Assembly: GCA_000934665.2 (NCBI GenBank)
Contig: KZ538374.1
Span: 1-64,000 of the forward strand
Length of the DNA stretch: 64,000 nt
Reading direction: 5' to 3'
Source of the DNA: Catajapyx aquilonaris
Lineage: Eukaryota
Shown here: positions 52,001 to 61,521 of the stretch, one piece after another
Numbering within the stretch: position 1 is the first letter of the stretch
Layout: each line of letters opens with the position of its first letter
Made by a program: the position numbers and the translations under genes
The notes under the pieces: model-generated
What the model was told of the DNA's origin: nothing
Databases searched by the model: none
The model's input: only the letters and a program-made list of their open reading frames with translations

Positions 52001-55000
52001 ACTTGCTACTATTCATGAGGCATTTTACTTCAGGGTATCATCAATGAGAAGATGCGAGATGAACTCTTGTGCCAGCTCTGCAACCAGACATGGAAAAATG
52101 ACAACGAAGCCAATTGTGAACGAGGATGGTTACTCATGGCTAACTGTTTGTCTGTTTTTCCACCTTCCAAGACGTTGTACAAATACCTCCTCAAGTTTGT
52201 GTTGACATCTTTCTACCTTTTTTTGTCCTTTTTTAAAAATAAGTGTAGAAATCGACTGATTAGTTACATGACCTTACAGGTATGTGTCAGACCATGCATA
52301 TGACGGCTATAAAGCATTGTGCCAAAGAAAGCTTCTTCAGTCTGCTCAAATTGAAGCACAGTTGGCAAGGAACTACCCTCCCTGTTTGTTGGAGTGGAGA
52401 GCCAACAGGAAAAGAACAAACATGGCCCTAGAAGCGACTTTCGCAGATGGTAAATCACGTCAAGCTGCAGTTGAGTCATGGACAACAGGAGAGGAGTTTT
52501 CAGCTGTTATGGTGGAAGAAAGAGGCATTGCAGAGAGCTTTGGATGGACAGTGAGCCTAACAGAAGAGGAGAGCATGTATGAACTAAATGGATGTGATTA
52601 CGTCTTGGACCTTCTTTCTGAAATGGAACTACCACCTGCCTTCCCAGTGTGCAAGAACTTCTTCCTAGTTTCTAACTCCAAAGGTGATAAACAGAAACGG
52701 GTAAGTTATTAATTGTTGTGCCTTTGTTATGTGCATGGAATGCTTTTTCTGTATGATATGGGTTACATTACTGAAGTATTTTTGACTTCCATAATCTATG
52801 TATTCTGACACATCAATTTGTTATTCTTCTATCGTAATAGAAAATTAAGCAACTTTTGTAGCTGATAATAATCTTTTCATGAATTGGCATTGTGGCACCA
52901 TATGCCTTTGTAAGAAAGTTGAACCATATTAATTATATGGTTTCCTTCTACTCAATTATCCATAGTGGTTATAATTTTTTGCACTACACTGCTTATTTTT
53001 AAGCAGTTACTCTTGCACAGCTACAATTAGAGGTTGTCTAAAATGTTTGCTACTAATATTAGGCCAAATGGATTCATTCTTTTTAACTAATGCAGCAGGA
53101 TTTAATGTGTTCAACCATTGGTCTCGTGTATCACCGGGCCAGTAAAGGTCACTCACAACATCATAAGCTCAGGATGGTGGGAAAAGCACTTCATTTTGTG
53201 CTTAGGTTCCTTGAGATATTCTGAGACAAAATTATCCTAACTCATAAAAGACACTGTTGGCTTAATAATAATAAGCAGCTTAGTCCTAATCACCAAGCAC
53301 TATGGACATTTCAGTTGGTGCACGCACTATACAGGGTGAAGGGAAACTAGCGGATAATAATCACCAGGTAGACTGATAGTACTCGCAAAACTAATATAGG
53401 GATGTGCAATTAGTTTTGGCCAATGTTGTGAAGTAAAAGCGCACGGCGCTGTCAAAGTTTCGTGACGTCACAGTTCCGCCGTTCCGCCAGCTTCTAAGAA
53501 GCAAAAGTCAGTTCTAGGGCTTCCAGTCCCTTGCCTTGGTCTCCTAACAGGTCGTCCATGTGCAAAAAGCGATCAAATCCCGTCAGAGTAATAATCCGGG
53601 TACGACACCCATGCACTTAGTCGTTTTTGCCTCATATTCCACCATCTGGCCCTCTACACTTTAAGGGCGCTGTACACATTAACTACACAACAGAGCCAAA
53701 ACCTAATTGCACATCCCTATATTAGTTTTGCGAGTCCTATCGGTCTACCTGGCTATTGTCCGTGAGTTTCCCTTCACCCTGTAGATTATTGTGTTGAAAG
53801 AGTAGATTATGTAATGTGGGCCGAAATTGACTCTCTGAGTGACAGAGATTGGGAAGGAATATCATATGCAATATGAGCAAATTGGCTTAAAGATTCCAAT
53901 AGTGACCCTGTTGGATGCAGTCGTACACACTGGAAGGGATTTCTTATTAGAACTGCTTAATAGGCTGAGATTATTGATGAAAAGGCTGGGGTTCAGTGAA
54001 GTACTCTGTAGAGAAGAACAATTATTCTTAACCTAGTATATGACGCCTAATTTATTTTATTATGCAAAGCCACACAAGTTACTTGTAGATTAAGTAACTG
54101 TGTCATTATATTAATTTCTTCTCCTGGCACTGGTGCACCAAGACAGTGCAAGAAACTATTTGTAGTTTGCATGGCACTAGAGCTGTATCCCTGCACTTCT
54201 TATGCACTCAGGGTTTGGGTACCTATGCTGCCAACACTATCCCCCTGACGGTAGAAGTGCACGACTATCTGCCACCTGTAAGACGACCTACACAGCCACC
54301 ACCTGAACCACCCATACCTAAATTGGCAGTAAGTGGGTCAATGGATTTTGATGCATTGTTTTTGCACAAGCATGCCAAAAGTGTCACTGACAATGGAAGT
54401 TATACCCCATTCATGTGGATGCATATAATATGTTCTATTGAAAAGAAAAGAAAAGGGAAGTTGTAAATTATACACTGTACTCCCGATTATCCAGGCTAAT
54501 GAATGCATGGGTGTCGCCGGATAATAGGAAAACATGGATAATTGGGAAATGGTCCTATACTGTCAAAATGAGCTATTCCCTGGTTTTTAATGTACTACTG
54601 GACATAGTGTATGCTGTTTTAAGTAAGATTTAATCGAAATAATAAAGCGTACCATAGATTTTTAGTTTGTCTTCTAGAAAAAGTCTTACATATTTTTGTT
54701 TGCGAGACATGATACTGACATTTTCTGGACTTTTTTTTTTTTTTTTTTGCCGATGCACAGATAATCCGCACCTGGATAATCGGGAATAGAGCATATTACA
54801 GTTCAATTTTTCTTATCAGTGTTTGCATCACATGAAATTTTGGGCAACACGGTGGCTGAGTGGTTAGCGCCACAGCCTTCCACCTCTGAGGTCCTGAGTT
54901 TGATCACTGGGTCGGACGGAGGATACTTATGTGGATAGAGTTACGATGGGTTCTCTCCGTGTTCGCATGGGTTTTCTCGGAGTTCTCCCATTTCCTCCCA

Positions 55001-58000
55001 CAATCAAAATCCATCACAGCGCAGATTAAAGTCTGATATTTAAAAGATGATCCCCTAAGAGGCCCAAGGAGACCTATCACGGGGTATCCATTATTATTAT
55101 TATTGCATCACATATGCAAACTGCATGTGCATTTACATTAAAATCTTTTGTAAAGATATTGATTTCTCTTTCATGCATATGGCCCAGGTTGTGGCCTTCA
55201 TAACATTGTGTCAGCTGCAGTTATAGTGTAAAAATTGTTAAGTCCCAAGTGAAATGTTATTTGCAGTACTGGAGCTAACTAAAACACATTGAGGGAGAAA
55301 TTAAAAATTCTGCAATGAAATGCACATAGAGAATGAAAGAATTTATGAATATTCTTGAAGGCCAGTTGTATTAACACAAATTAAGGAGACAATTTTAGAT
55401 TATGTTGGAATATGTATTGTTCATGCCTTCACATAATCAGCGATTTTCCATAATTTGATTTCATAAAACTGGCCCTAAGTATCTGTGTGTTTCACCTGGC
55501 ACTCGAAATGTGCAGCGACTCTTCACTCAATATGAATCTCAAGTTTGGTCATAGTATTTTGTCATAGTATTTTGTGCAGTTGTTACTGCTGGGCTGGAGT
55601 TGTCAGGAGTAGTCTTTCAGAGTCAGTCTAAAAATATGGACCACTTTTATGTGAATAAATCTTATGTGATAGGTGACATAAGTATGTATTGCATTCCAGG
55701 TGCGCAAGATATCACATGAACCTGTGCTTCCAAAAGAACCATCCCCACATGCACCAAAGGAGAAACCAAGGTCTGCTTCTCGAGAAGAAGACTTTGGGCT
55801 TTCCAGAAAGTCTGCACTGAATGACAGATACTTTGAAGAAAAGAAGAAAGGAAGAAGTCGCAGCTTAGATAATTTGCTGGACGATTCAAAACCGAAGGTT
55901 GGGGTTGTTGTTGTTTTTGCTTTGTGTATCATAAAATGTTACCAAATATCACTTTGTCTTTGATAGGCTATTCCATCTGGTCTGCAAAACTTGGGTTTAT
56001 CTCACAGCAAGCTGAATGAACGATACCGTTCCATGGACAAAATAGAACCAACCCTTTCAGCTGTTCACAATCTTAATTATATGACCAGGGAGGAACTGAT
56101 GGAGGAGGCATTGGAAGCTGAAAATGAGTTGAGAAAGAAAGGAAAAGCTTGGAGTCCTTTTGGACTAAGTAAGAGCTCACTGAATGACAGGTGAGTCATC
56201 TTGAAGGTTAACATTTTAAATGTCGATTGTTTTCTAATTTGGAATGTAATGAGTATTTAATGTACATGCTTTATTCATCAATTGCATGGTAGTACAGAAC
56301 TTGTGTGAAGGTAATAAGAAGTATTTCATGGCTAATATAATGATAGGGGACACACTCATCAAACATGAATTCATTTCAAACAAAGTAAAAACTGTTTGCG
56401 ATCCAAGCACATTGTCCATAATGTACAGTTCAATAGAAAAGGACATGCATGAAATAGGTGTTATGCTACATTTTTATGCCACGAAAGAGTACAGTCTTGT
56501 TCAAAACAGGAAAACACTGAACAATAGGTAGGCCTCATCTTGTGGAATATCATGAAAAATTTTGTGGATTGAGTAAAGGGAAATGTTTGGAAAATTCTTT
56601 ATAAATCTACTGTGGGTGTCCAAAGTGAATTTACAGTAATGTAAAATATAGTGGAGAGTACGAGGATCCTGTAAGAGTGTAAGGAGCAGAGAGAACATTT
56701 TCATATTCATCGTATCAATAATTTGTTTTTTAATTGGAACCCTTTCGAATTATTACAAAGATTAGTCACATGCCTAATTAACCAAATTGTTATTGGAGGT
56801 TGCAAATTAGAGGTTTATAATTGGCCTTTGTAATTTCACCATTATATTGGTATGCATTGTCCTTCTCAGGTATTTTGTTCAGCCGAAGTTTGAAGCTCAT
56901 GGATCCAAGCAAGAAGACAATGCATCAGATAGCAGCAGTGACATCATTCCAAATCAGTCGCAAGTTTTGGAACAAAGCAATCGAAGGAGGACATCAGATG
57001 CATCAAGCAAGAGGCGAGTGTCAGCTGAGTACACTGGATTTAACAGGTGCAGTGGAAGGCATTTTTAATGCACCAAATGTATTGTAACAGACACTATTAC
57101 TTGACTTTTATTTCTAACATAAACATGTAATTATGTGGGAAAATTATATCCAGTCATGTTAGCCAAAGTAATGTCCTTGCTTAGTGACTAGGCACTATTA
57201 ATATAATGGAATACCATAAAACAATCTACACATGTCAGTCTTACAACGTATCACATTACTCTGGAAATAGCAGCATGCCAGCATAAAGGCTGTTGCACAA
57301 ACTCAGCATTCCGAGAGAGGGGCGTGTGGGCGTCCTGCTCATTGCACACAGAATGTCCACCTGGTTGGATGCCAGTGCAATGCCAGCACTCGGCCATTGC
57401 ATGCAACGTTTGTGAATAGCCCCACTCAAGTTTTTTGTGCTCCATGTGCCCCACTCTCGCAATGCCGTGTTTGTGAAGCATCCTTAATATGAGGTTGATC
57501 ATATAGCTTTCCTGGGTGGCTGGTATAATGTGGAGAAATTTTAGTAATTTCCGTCTTCCTTGAAACATGATTAAATTTTTAATTATGACTGATATTAAAT
57601 GTCTACAATAAACTTGTGGGGAACAGCAAAACAAATTGCATGTTACAAGTTGCATAAATGTGAATTCATGCTTGTTAATAATACTTGAACCTTGCTCAGA
57701 AAGTGGACAGGAGGGTCACTTTTTAACAGAAAAGTTAAGTGGTTTACAGGAGCATGGAGCCCTCACAAATGGTCATTGACTGAAGGAGGGAAAATTGGCA
57801 CATTTCTATACTCCTTCTCCTTGACCGCCTGGAAAGAAATTATTGTTTCCATGTGATATATTATTTGCTTATAAAATGTAGACAAAATTTTACTACACCA
57901 GCACACCGGTGTAGCCACCAGATGTACATTTTCTAAAATCTGGTCACCCCCTCCACCTTGCTGTTACTGTACTATTTCTTGGGTAATGTGGTGTTCAGTG

Positions 58001-59866
58001 AAAATTAACTTAATGTTGAGGAAATGATAGTAAACAACAGATTCAGTATCGTAATTACTGTATAACAATTTAAGATTGGTGTCCTGAAATTCATTTTGTG
58101 TCCTTTTCCACAGTCATGTGAATGGGCACATGAATGGTGCATGTCACAGTCCATCTCCAGATGCTCCTTCTGAAAGTCTAGCAGGAGGAAATGTGGACTT
58201 ATCTGAATTTGGCTATCCTAACATTGGTGAGAGAGCTGAGGATGAGAAGACCACATACAGTCATGGGCCTCCAAGGTAGGTAGCTCCTATGAGGGAGTGA
58301 CCATTATCATACTGAAAAATGATTTTATTTCCATCAGGTACATAAAAGCCCAAAATGCCAGCAAAAAATCAGCAGCAGGCAGTCACTCCAGTCGTGCATA
58401 TATTGAAACTCGTTATTCTGAGAAGTCTGAATATGGAGGAACCAAGTCATCTGCTTTGTCTGATACCAGCGAAGCACCATCTCTTGGTAATAATAAACAG
58501 TCATAGGCATTGCCAGTGCAAAATACTTAGTGTATCTTTTTCAGCCTCACATGTTAGGAGGGTACGAGTACCATCTCAAGCATCAGATGTGGACCAATTC
58601 TTGGATGACTTGTTTATGCCTGTCCTAGATGGCAACCTTGATGAACTTTCAGATGCTCGATCCCTTGCAGCCTCAATCAAAGGTGGTGGGGATAGGAATG
58701 ATAGGGAGGAACCTGTAGACTATAATGAATGGGATCCATCAGACTTGTAAGTGGTAACCATTTTCATCATGCCTTCTGGGTAAATAGAAAACCTTTGCAC
58801 AAAAGGCTACTTTGCAGGAGAGGGAAGAGACTGCTCAATTTTTGTAAAGCAAGCCATCACATAGAGATTTTGCCATGACATACACTGTATACCAGTACCC
58901 TTTTTTGTGCTAAGAATTATGAAACCAAAAATGTACATGGCAGGTTTTTAATTTACACTGTCAAAGTAAAGTACTAGTTGTGACATTTGTAACAAAAGTG
59001 CAGGTTATAAGTTAAATCATTAATGAAACTTTTTTTTTGCAGGGTTTCCATTGATATTAATGACTGCATTTCTGATCTCTGTGGAGAGTTATTTGTGGAT
59101 AGTGCCATTGCTAAGCTGACTCATGTTCAAGCCCTTGCTTCAGCCTTGAAAGGAGGTGGTAAAGGAATTGGAGGTGTAGAGGCCCAAGTAAGTATAATTT
59201 GCTGTTGCTGGATAATTTGCAATACAACTTTTCTTGAGGAAGACTAAAGCATGTTTCACAAATTCGCCGGATGGCTGAGCAGGCAGAAAGAGGGCGTTTG
59301 GGCGCAGGGCACCCGCTGAATTTGTGGGATCTCCCACCAGCTTTCCTCCTGGCACGGCAATTCTGGAGCTAGTGTCTCATTCGCTATTTTTCTGCCTGTG
59401 CCCTGCTACCGCCCAGTATCCGTCCTCTCACTTTTCGCTGAATTTGTGAAACACGCTTAAGGCTGCAAGTGCCTCTTACATGTACCATATACGCCAAATT
59501 GTTTCATACCCCCGGGGTATGAAACAATTTGTCGTATAGCACTATACCTAGGTATACGACAAATTGTTTCATACCCCGGGGGTATGAAACAATTTGGCGT
59601 ATATAGTACATATACAGTTCGAGAGTTTCCCAATACTCTTCCAGTTGGATAATATGAATAGTAGTGTCTTCTAATTGCAGACTATGTCGAGATAATTTAC
59701 TAATCTAAATAATTGCATTAATAATAATGTGTCATTTTGCAGGTGTCGCAAAATTCAGCAACTGGGCCATTTGGGTACACAGGTGTGAATTCTACTCCTG
59801 CAGTGTCGGGGATGGTTTCGCCACCTCCCATGATGATGCCTACAATTCCAATCTACACTCCTGGTG
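34059..59866 (+). CDS. Myo15: Unconventional myosin XV (Myo10A/Sisyphus-like), multi-exon, 3' end not found in window
   Basis: Exons join in frame at GT-AG junctions: [10 protein letters not shown]-terminus, P-loop GESGAGKT, switch [10 protein letters not shown], switch II DIFGFE, three IQ motifs, MyTH4 ([12 protein letters not shown]...RGWLLM). The [12 protein letters not shown] and [18 protein letters not shown] segments resemble arthropod myosin XV as I recall it. Confidence 0.93.
34817..34873 (+). pseudogene. Tc1/mariner transposase remnant
   Basis: [18 protein letters not shown] matches the WIGRGGPxxWPPRSPDLTP motif with a stop replacing W. Confidence 0.6.
39590..40200 (-). pseudogene. 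Decayed reverse transcriptase/RNase H (DIRS-like or hepadnavirus-like)
   Basis: [15 protein letters not shown], then a frameshifted VRHLGYTL and weak RNase H-like remnants. Confidence 0.5.
40380..40853 (+). CDS. Myo15: Myo15 alternative long N-terminal exon (158 aa, MFKRKK...PYVPSE)
   Basis: Part of the longest ORF in the track, CAAC-ATG start context, ends GAA|gtacgt in phase 0, compatible with the exon at 42984. An upstream in-frame ATG exists at 40323. Confidence 0.7.
41546..41671. mobile_element. PIF/Harbinger hairpin MITE
   Basis: TTA TSD on both sides, TGGCCGGTTTCACCAAGCCCGG TIRs. Confidence 0.88.
42984..43094 (+). CDS. Myo15: Myo15 exon (GDLVWFDPG...AVIAGK)
   Basis: tag| acceptor, |gtaagc donor, N-terminal SH3-like motif. 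Confidence 0.92.
43215..43303 (+). CDS. Myo15: Myo15 exon (AQVFTL...GVEDMIQM)
   Basis: GVEDM start of motor domain, canonical splice sites, phase 0/2. Confidence 0.92.
44102..44287. mobile_element. Hairpin MITE
   Basis: CAGTG ends, inverted TCTTTCACTTCCTCGATGTCGC and TTGGTCCAAAGAG blocks. Confidence 0.75.
44509..44670. mobile_element. 162-bp Tc1/mariner-type hairpin MITE, copy 1
   Basis: TA TSD, CAGTGCTGGCCA TIR, related copy at 50948. Confidence 0.9.
45144..45260. promoter_or_regulatory. Cluster of ATCGAT (DRE/BEAF-like) motifs upstream of the SRP-like RNA
   Basis: ATCGAT at 45185, 45207, 45232, 45246 and 45254, plus partial copies upstream. Confidence 0.45.
45303..45575 (+). ncRNA. 7SL/SRP-related Pol III RNA with Alu domain and helix 5 but a non-canonical S domain
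   Basis: 5' end GCTGGGAGTAATGGCGCACTCCTGTAATCCTGCGACTGGGAGGCC aligns with the metazoan 7SL Alu domain. 45348-45379 pairs with 45536-45566. A T6 run follows at 45570. Confidence 0.75.
45570..45575 (+). terminator. Pol III oligo-T terminator
   Basis: TTTTTT 3 nt after the closing strand of the long-range helix. Confidence 0.65.
46166..46229 (+). CDS. Myo15: Myo15 exon ([21 protein letters not shown])
   Basis: Myosin consensus segment, cag| and |gtgagt. Confidence 0.92.
46297..46406 (+). CDS. Myo15: Myo15 exon ([13 protein letters not shown]...GTLP)
   Basis: Myosin consensus segment, canonical splice sites. Confidence 0.93.
46549..46824 (+). CDS. Myo15: Myo15 exon with P-loop and switch I
   Basis: [12 protein letters not shown] and [10 protein letters not shown]. 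Confidence 0.95.
46903..47080 (+). CDS. Myo15: Myo15 exon (YLLEKSR...ERNYHVFY)
   Basis: Motor motifs, phases consistent with neighbours. Confidence 0.95.
47329..47452 (+). CDS. Myo15: Myo15 motor exon (GGSCEIEG...RILSS)
   Basis: In frame, phase 0/1, weak gtgctg donor. Confidence 0.9.
47521..47675 (+). CDS. Myo15: Myo15 motor exon (LHLGNV...LTTKTT)
   Basis: LHLGN motif, canonical sites. Confidence 0.92.
47751..47942 (+). CDS. Myo15: Myo15 exon with switch II
   Basis: RDAIAKALY and [10 protein letters not shown]. Confidence 0.95.
48057..48191 (+). CDS. Myo15: Myo15 exon, relay helix
   Basis: [16 protein letters not shown]...FKLEQQEY. Confidence 0.95.
48255..48542 (+). CDS. Myo15: Myo15 motor exon
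   Basis: [13 protein letters not shown] and HYAGQVWY...FLDKNRD. Confidence 0.95.
48611..48768 (+). CDS. Myo15: Myo15 exon, loop 2 region
   Basis: [20 protein letters not shown]. Confidence 0.92.
48825..49030 (+). mobile_element. Diverged SINE, family of 54842
   Basis: Shares CCACCTCTGAGGTCC and a decayed core. Confidence 0.6.
49099..49317 (+). CDS. Myo15: Myo15 exon ([10 protein letters not shown]...[14 protein letters not shown])
   Basis: SH1/SH2 helix motifs. Confidence 0.95.
49438..49774 (+). CDS. Myo15: Myo15 exon, converter and three IQ motifs
   Basis: [50 protein letters not shown]. Confidence 0.93.
49931..50090 (+). CDS. Myo15: Myo15 exon, charged helix and [12 protein letters not shown]
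   Basis: In frame, canonical sites. Confidence 0.9.
50948..51109. mobile_element. 162-bp hairpin MITE, copy 2
   Basis: TA TSD, collinear with 44509-44670. Confidence 0.9.
51399..51532 (+). CDS. Myo15: Myo15 exon ([15 protein letters not shown]...VYFK)
   Basis: Phase 1/0, consistent with neighbours. Confidence 0.9.
51799..51972 (+). CDS. Myo15: Myo15 exon, MyTH4 start
   Basis: REPIKTPFL...FKLILRFM. Confidence 0.92.
52034..52194 (+). CDS. Myo15: Myo15 exon, MyTH4 core
   Basis: [13 protein letters not shown]...[16 protein letters not shown]. Confidence 0.93.
52280..52700 (+). CDS. Myo15: Myo15 exon, MyTH4 end and FERM-like start
   Basis: [30 protein letters not shown]. Confidence 0.92.
53332..53781. 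mobile_element. Mariner-type MITE with ~90-bp TIRs
   Basis: TA-CAGGGTGAAGGGAAACT...AGTTTCCCTTCACCCTG-TA. Confidence 0.9.
54212..54328 (+). CDS. Myo15: Probable Myo15 proline-rich cassette exon (39 aa)
   Basis: cag| and |gtaagt, phase 0-0, encodes [19 protein letters not shown]. Confidence 0.7.
54472..54790. mobile_element. pogo/Tigger-like MITE
   Basis: TCCCGATTATCCAGG / CCTGGATAATCGGGA inverted ends. Confidence 0.65.
54842..55102 (+). mobile_element. tRNA-derived SINE with Meta/V-type core
   Basis: A box GGTGGCTGAGTGG, core GGGTTTTCTCGGAGTTCTCCCATTTCCTCCCAC, (ATT)n tail, flanking TTGCATCACAT duplication. Confidence 0.85.
55700..55897 (+). CDS. Myo15: Myo15 tail exon
   Basis: [14 protein letters not shown] and RSRSLDNLL, phase 0. 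Confidence 0.85.
55967..56190 (+). CDS. Myo15: Myo15 tail exon
   Basis: [12 protein letters not shown]...[10 protein letters not shown], |gtgagt donor. Confidence 0.85.
56870..57046 (+). CDS. Myo15: Myo15 tail exon
   Basis: Phase 2/2, completes the NDRYF motif across the junction. Confidence 0.78.
58114..58275 (+). CDS. Myo15: Myo15 tail exon
   Basis: Phase 2/2 open frame, canonical sites. Confidence 0.78.
58338..58486 (+). CDS. Myo15: Myo15 tail exon (YIKAQ...[13 protein letters not shown])
   Basis: In frame, canonical sites. Confidence 0.85.
58545..58746 (+). CDS. Myo15: Myo15 tail exon ([23 protein letters not shown])
   Basis: In frame, motif recalled from arthropod myosin XV. Confidence 0.88.
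59043..59187 (+). CDS. Myo15: Myo15 tail exon (VSIDINDC...ALKGGGKG)
   Basis: Phase 2/0, canonical sites. Confidence 0.8.
59248..59457. mobile_element. PIF/Harbinger MITE
   Basis: TAA TSD on both sides, AGC(A/G)TGTTTCACAAATTC TIRs. Confidence 0.85.
59480..59611. repeat. Palindrome made of two palindromes
   Basis: Four alternating copies of TATACG(C/A)CAAATTGTTTCATACCCC. Confidence 0.95.
59743..59866 (+). CDS. Myo15: Myo15 tail exon ([11 protein letters not shown]), last exon I could place
   Basis: ttttgcag| and |gtgagt, phase 0/1. Confidence 0.8.
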
Positions 59867-60025
59867 GTGAGTGCGAATGCCAATATTTTATAATAATTTT
59901 TTTCTCTCTGCACATTACAAGCACAGCAATGAACTGTTCATTGGTAAGGTCACAGTTAAACTGCAAGAAAATTACTATTGTAAATAGTTTCTTTGTGGCA
60001 CATTGATTTATTGTCATATCGTCGC

Positions 60026-60628
60026 TAGGCATCGGAAATCCGCTATGTGGAGACTTTGGCTGAATGAGGTTTATAGTGGAATGTGACGAAAACCGCCATG
60101 TGCATCTGCTGTGAAAACCCGCCAAGTGTGGCAACAGCCAGAAATGAGGAAAAAAGGACCATTATCTGACCATATACGCTATGTGGAGCAATTAGTTCAA
60201 AGAAATTCAGCTATGTGGTGCGTGTTACACATAGCGGATTTGTATAGAAGTGTATAGAAGATGACAAGTTCCTTTCTCTTAGCACCGTAATGATAAAAAT
60301 TATTTTAATGTCCAACTGAACTATGAGTTAATAATTGAAATAATAATATTTTATAATTATAATTATTTATCTGTCATGAACAAAATTCAGCTATGTGGGG
60401 CATGTGACTTGTTAAAATCCGCTATGTGTGATAATCACTAAGAAATGCGTATTATTTCCTGGAATTTCATATGAATTCTGTTTATTCTTAGTGCAATACA
60501 TGCATTATGAGAAACATGCCTTAATAAAAAAATCTGGATCACACACATGCCACTTCAAAGGTTTTAATTGGTTTTTTGTCCCTCCTGAAAAGTTGTCCTA
60601 CACCCACATAGAGGATTTCCGATGCCTA
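60026..60628. mobile_element. hAT-like non-autonomous element
   Basis: TAGGCATCGGAAATCC TIRs and internal GCTATGTG repeats. No TSD seen. Confidence 0.75.
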
Positions 60629-60840
60629 ACAACGTTATTTCATTAGTTTGAGGAGGGTTACATGTAGAGTGCATGTAGATGCACAGAATATACCATACTC
60701 AGTTGCATGTAGTGAACAAGGTAGTTAGAGAATAGCATGATGTGTATTTACAGGTTGATAGCATGCCATACCAGAGTGTGAGTGGCAGGGATTATTATTT
60801 ACTTTGGCTAAATCTATAATTGAATACATGGTGTCCCTGA

Positions 60841-60985
60841 TGGACTATTCTCATATCCACGGGAAGTGACCTGTCCAGCTGGAAGAAAGCCTATTTGTGA
60901 CCACCGAGTTCAACAATGTGTCTGGTTGCAAATAGGCTCGCTGCTGGCCAGACAAGTCAATTTTCATGAATATGAGAATAGGCCA
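60841..60985. mobile_element. Decayed Harbinger-like hairpin MITE
   Basis: TGG(A/C)CTATTCTCATAT TIRs. Confidence 0.65.
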
Positions 60986-61265
60986 TAAAGCTGCTGCAAG
61001 ATAATGCCAAATGAATTTTTTGCATCAATGTAAGATAGGATCTTGCTAAATGGTTTATGAATTAATGTTGAGGCCCCACTCAAGAAAAAATATGAGCACA
61101 GTACTGCATTCCATAAAAGGCATCTTATCTGACAAGTCATCGTTTCTTTTCAATGTATGGTCACTGCAAGCAAGGAGAAAAGTCTTCACTTTAAAATTGT
61201 CGTTATTTTAGTGTTCCCTCTGGTATCCCGTGGTCATGTCAGGCAACAAACATAAGTGAAATATA

Positions 61266-61521
61266 CAGGTTGTTCCAAGTAATATTAGTCCTTTTAGTTA
61301 TAGTAAATTTCACTCAAAGCTGTTATTTTTTTTGTAGCTTGTTGCACCCCTACACAGATGCCCTATTCTATAAAAACTGCTACATTCAACCACCTGGGAG
61401 AAATGGGGGACTTGGATTAGTGCACAACAAGCTACACAAAAAATAACTTCTTCCAAAACTTATCCAGTGTACCGGTATATTAATGATGACTGAAAATGAC
61501 CCACGAACTTGGAACACCCTG
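61266..61521. mobile_element. Mariner-type MITE
   Basis: TA-CAGG(T/G)TGTTCCAAGT TIRs with TA flanks. Confidence 0.75.
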
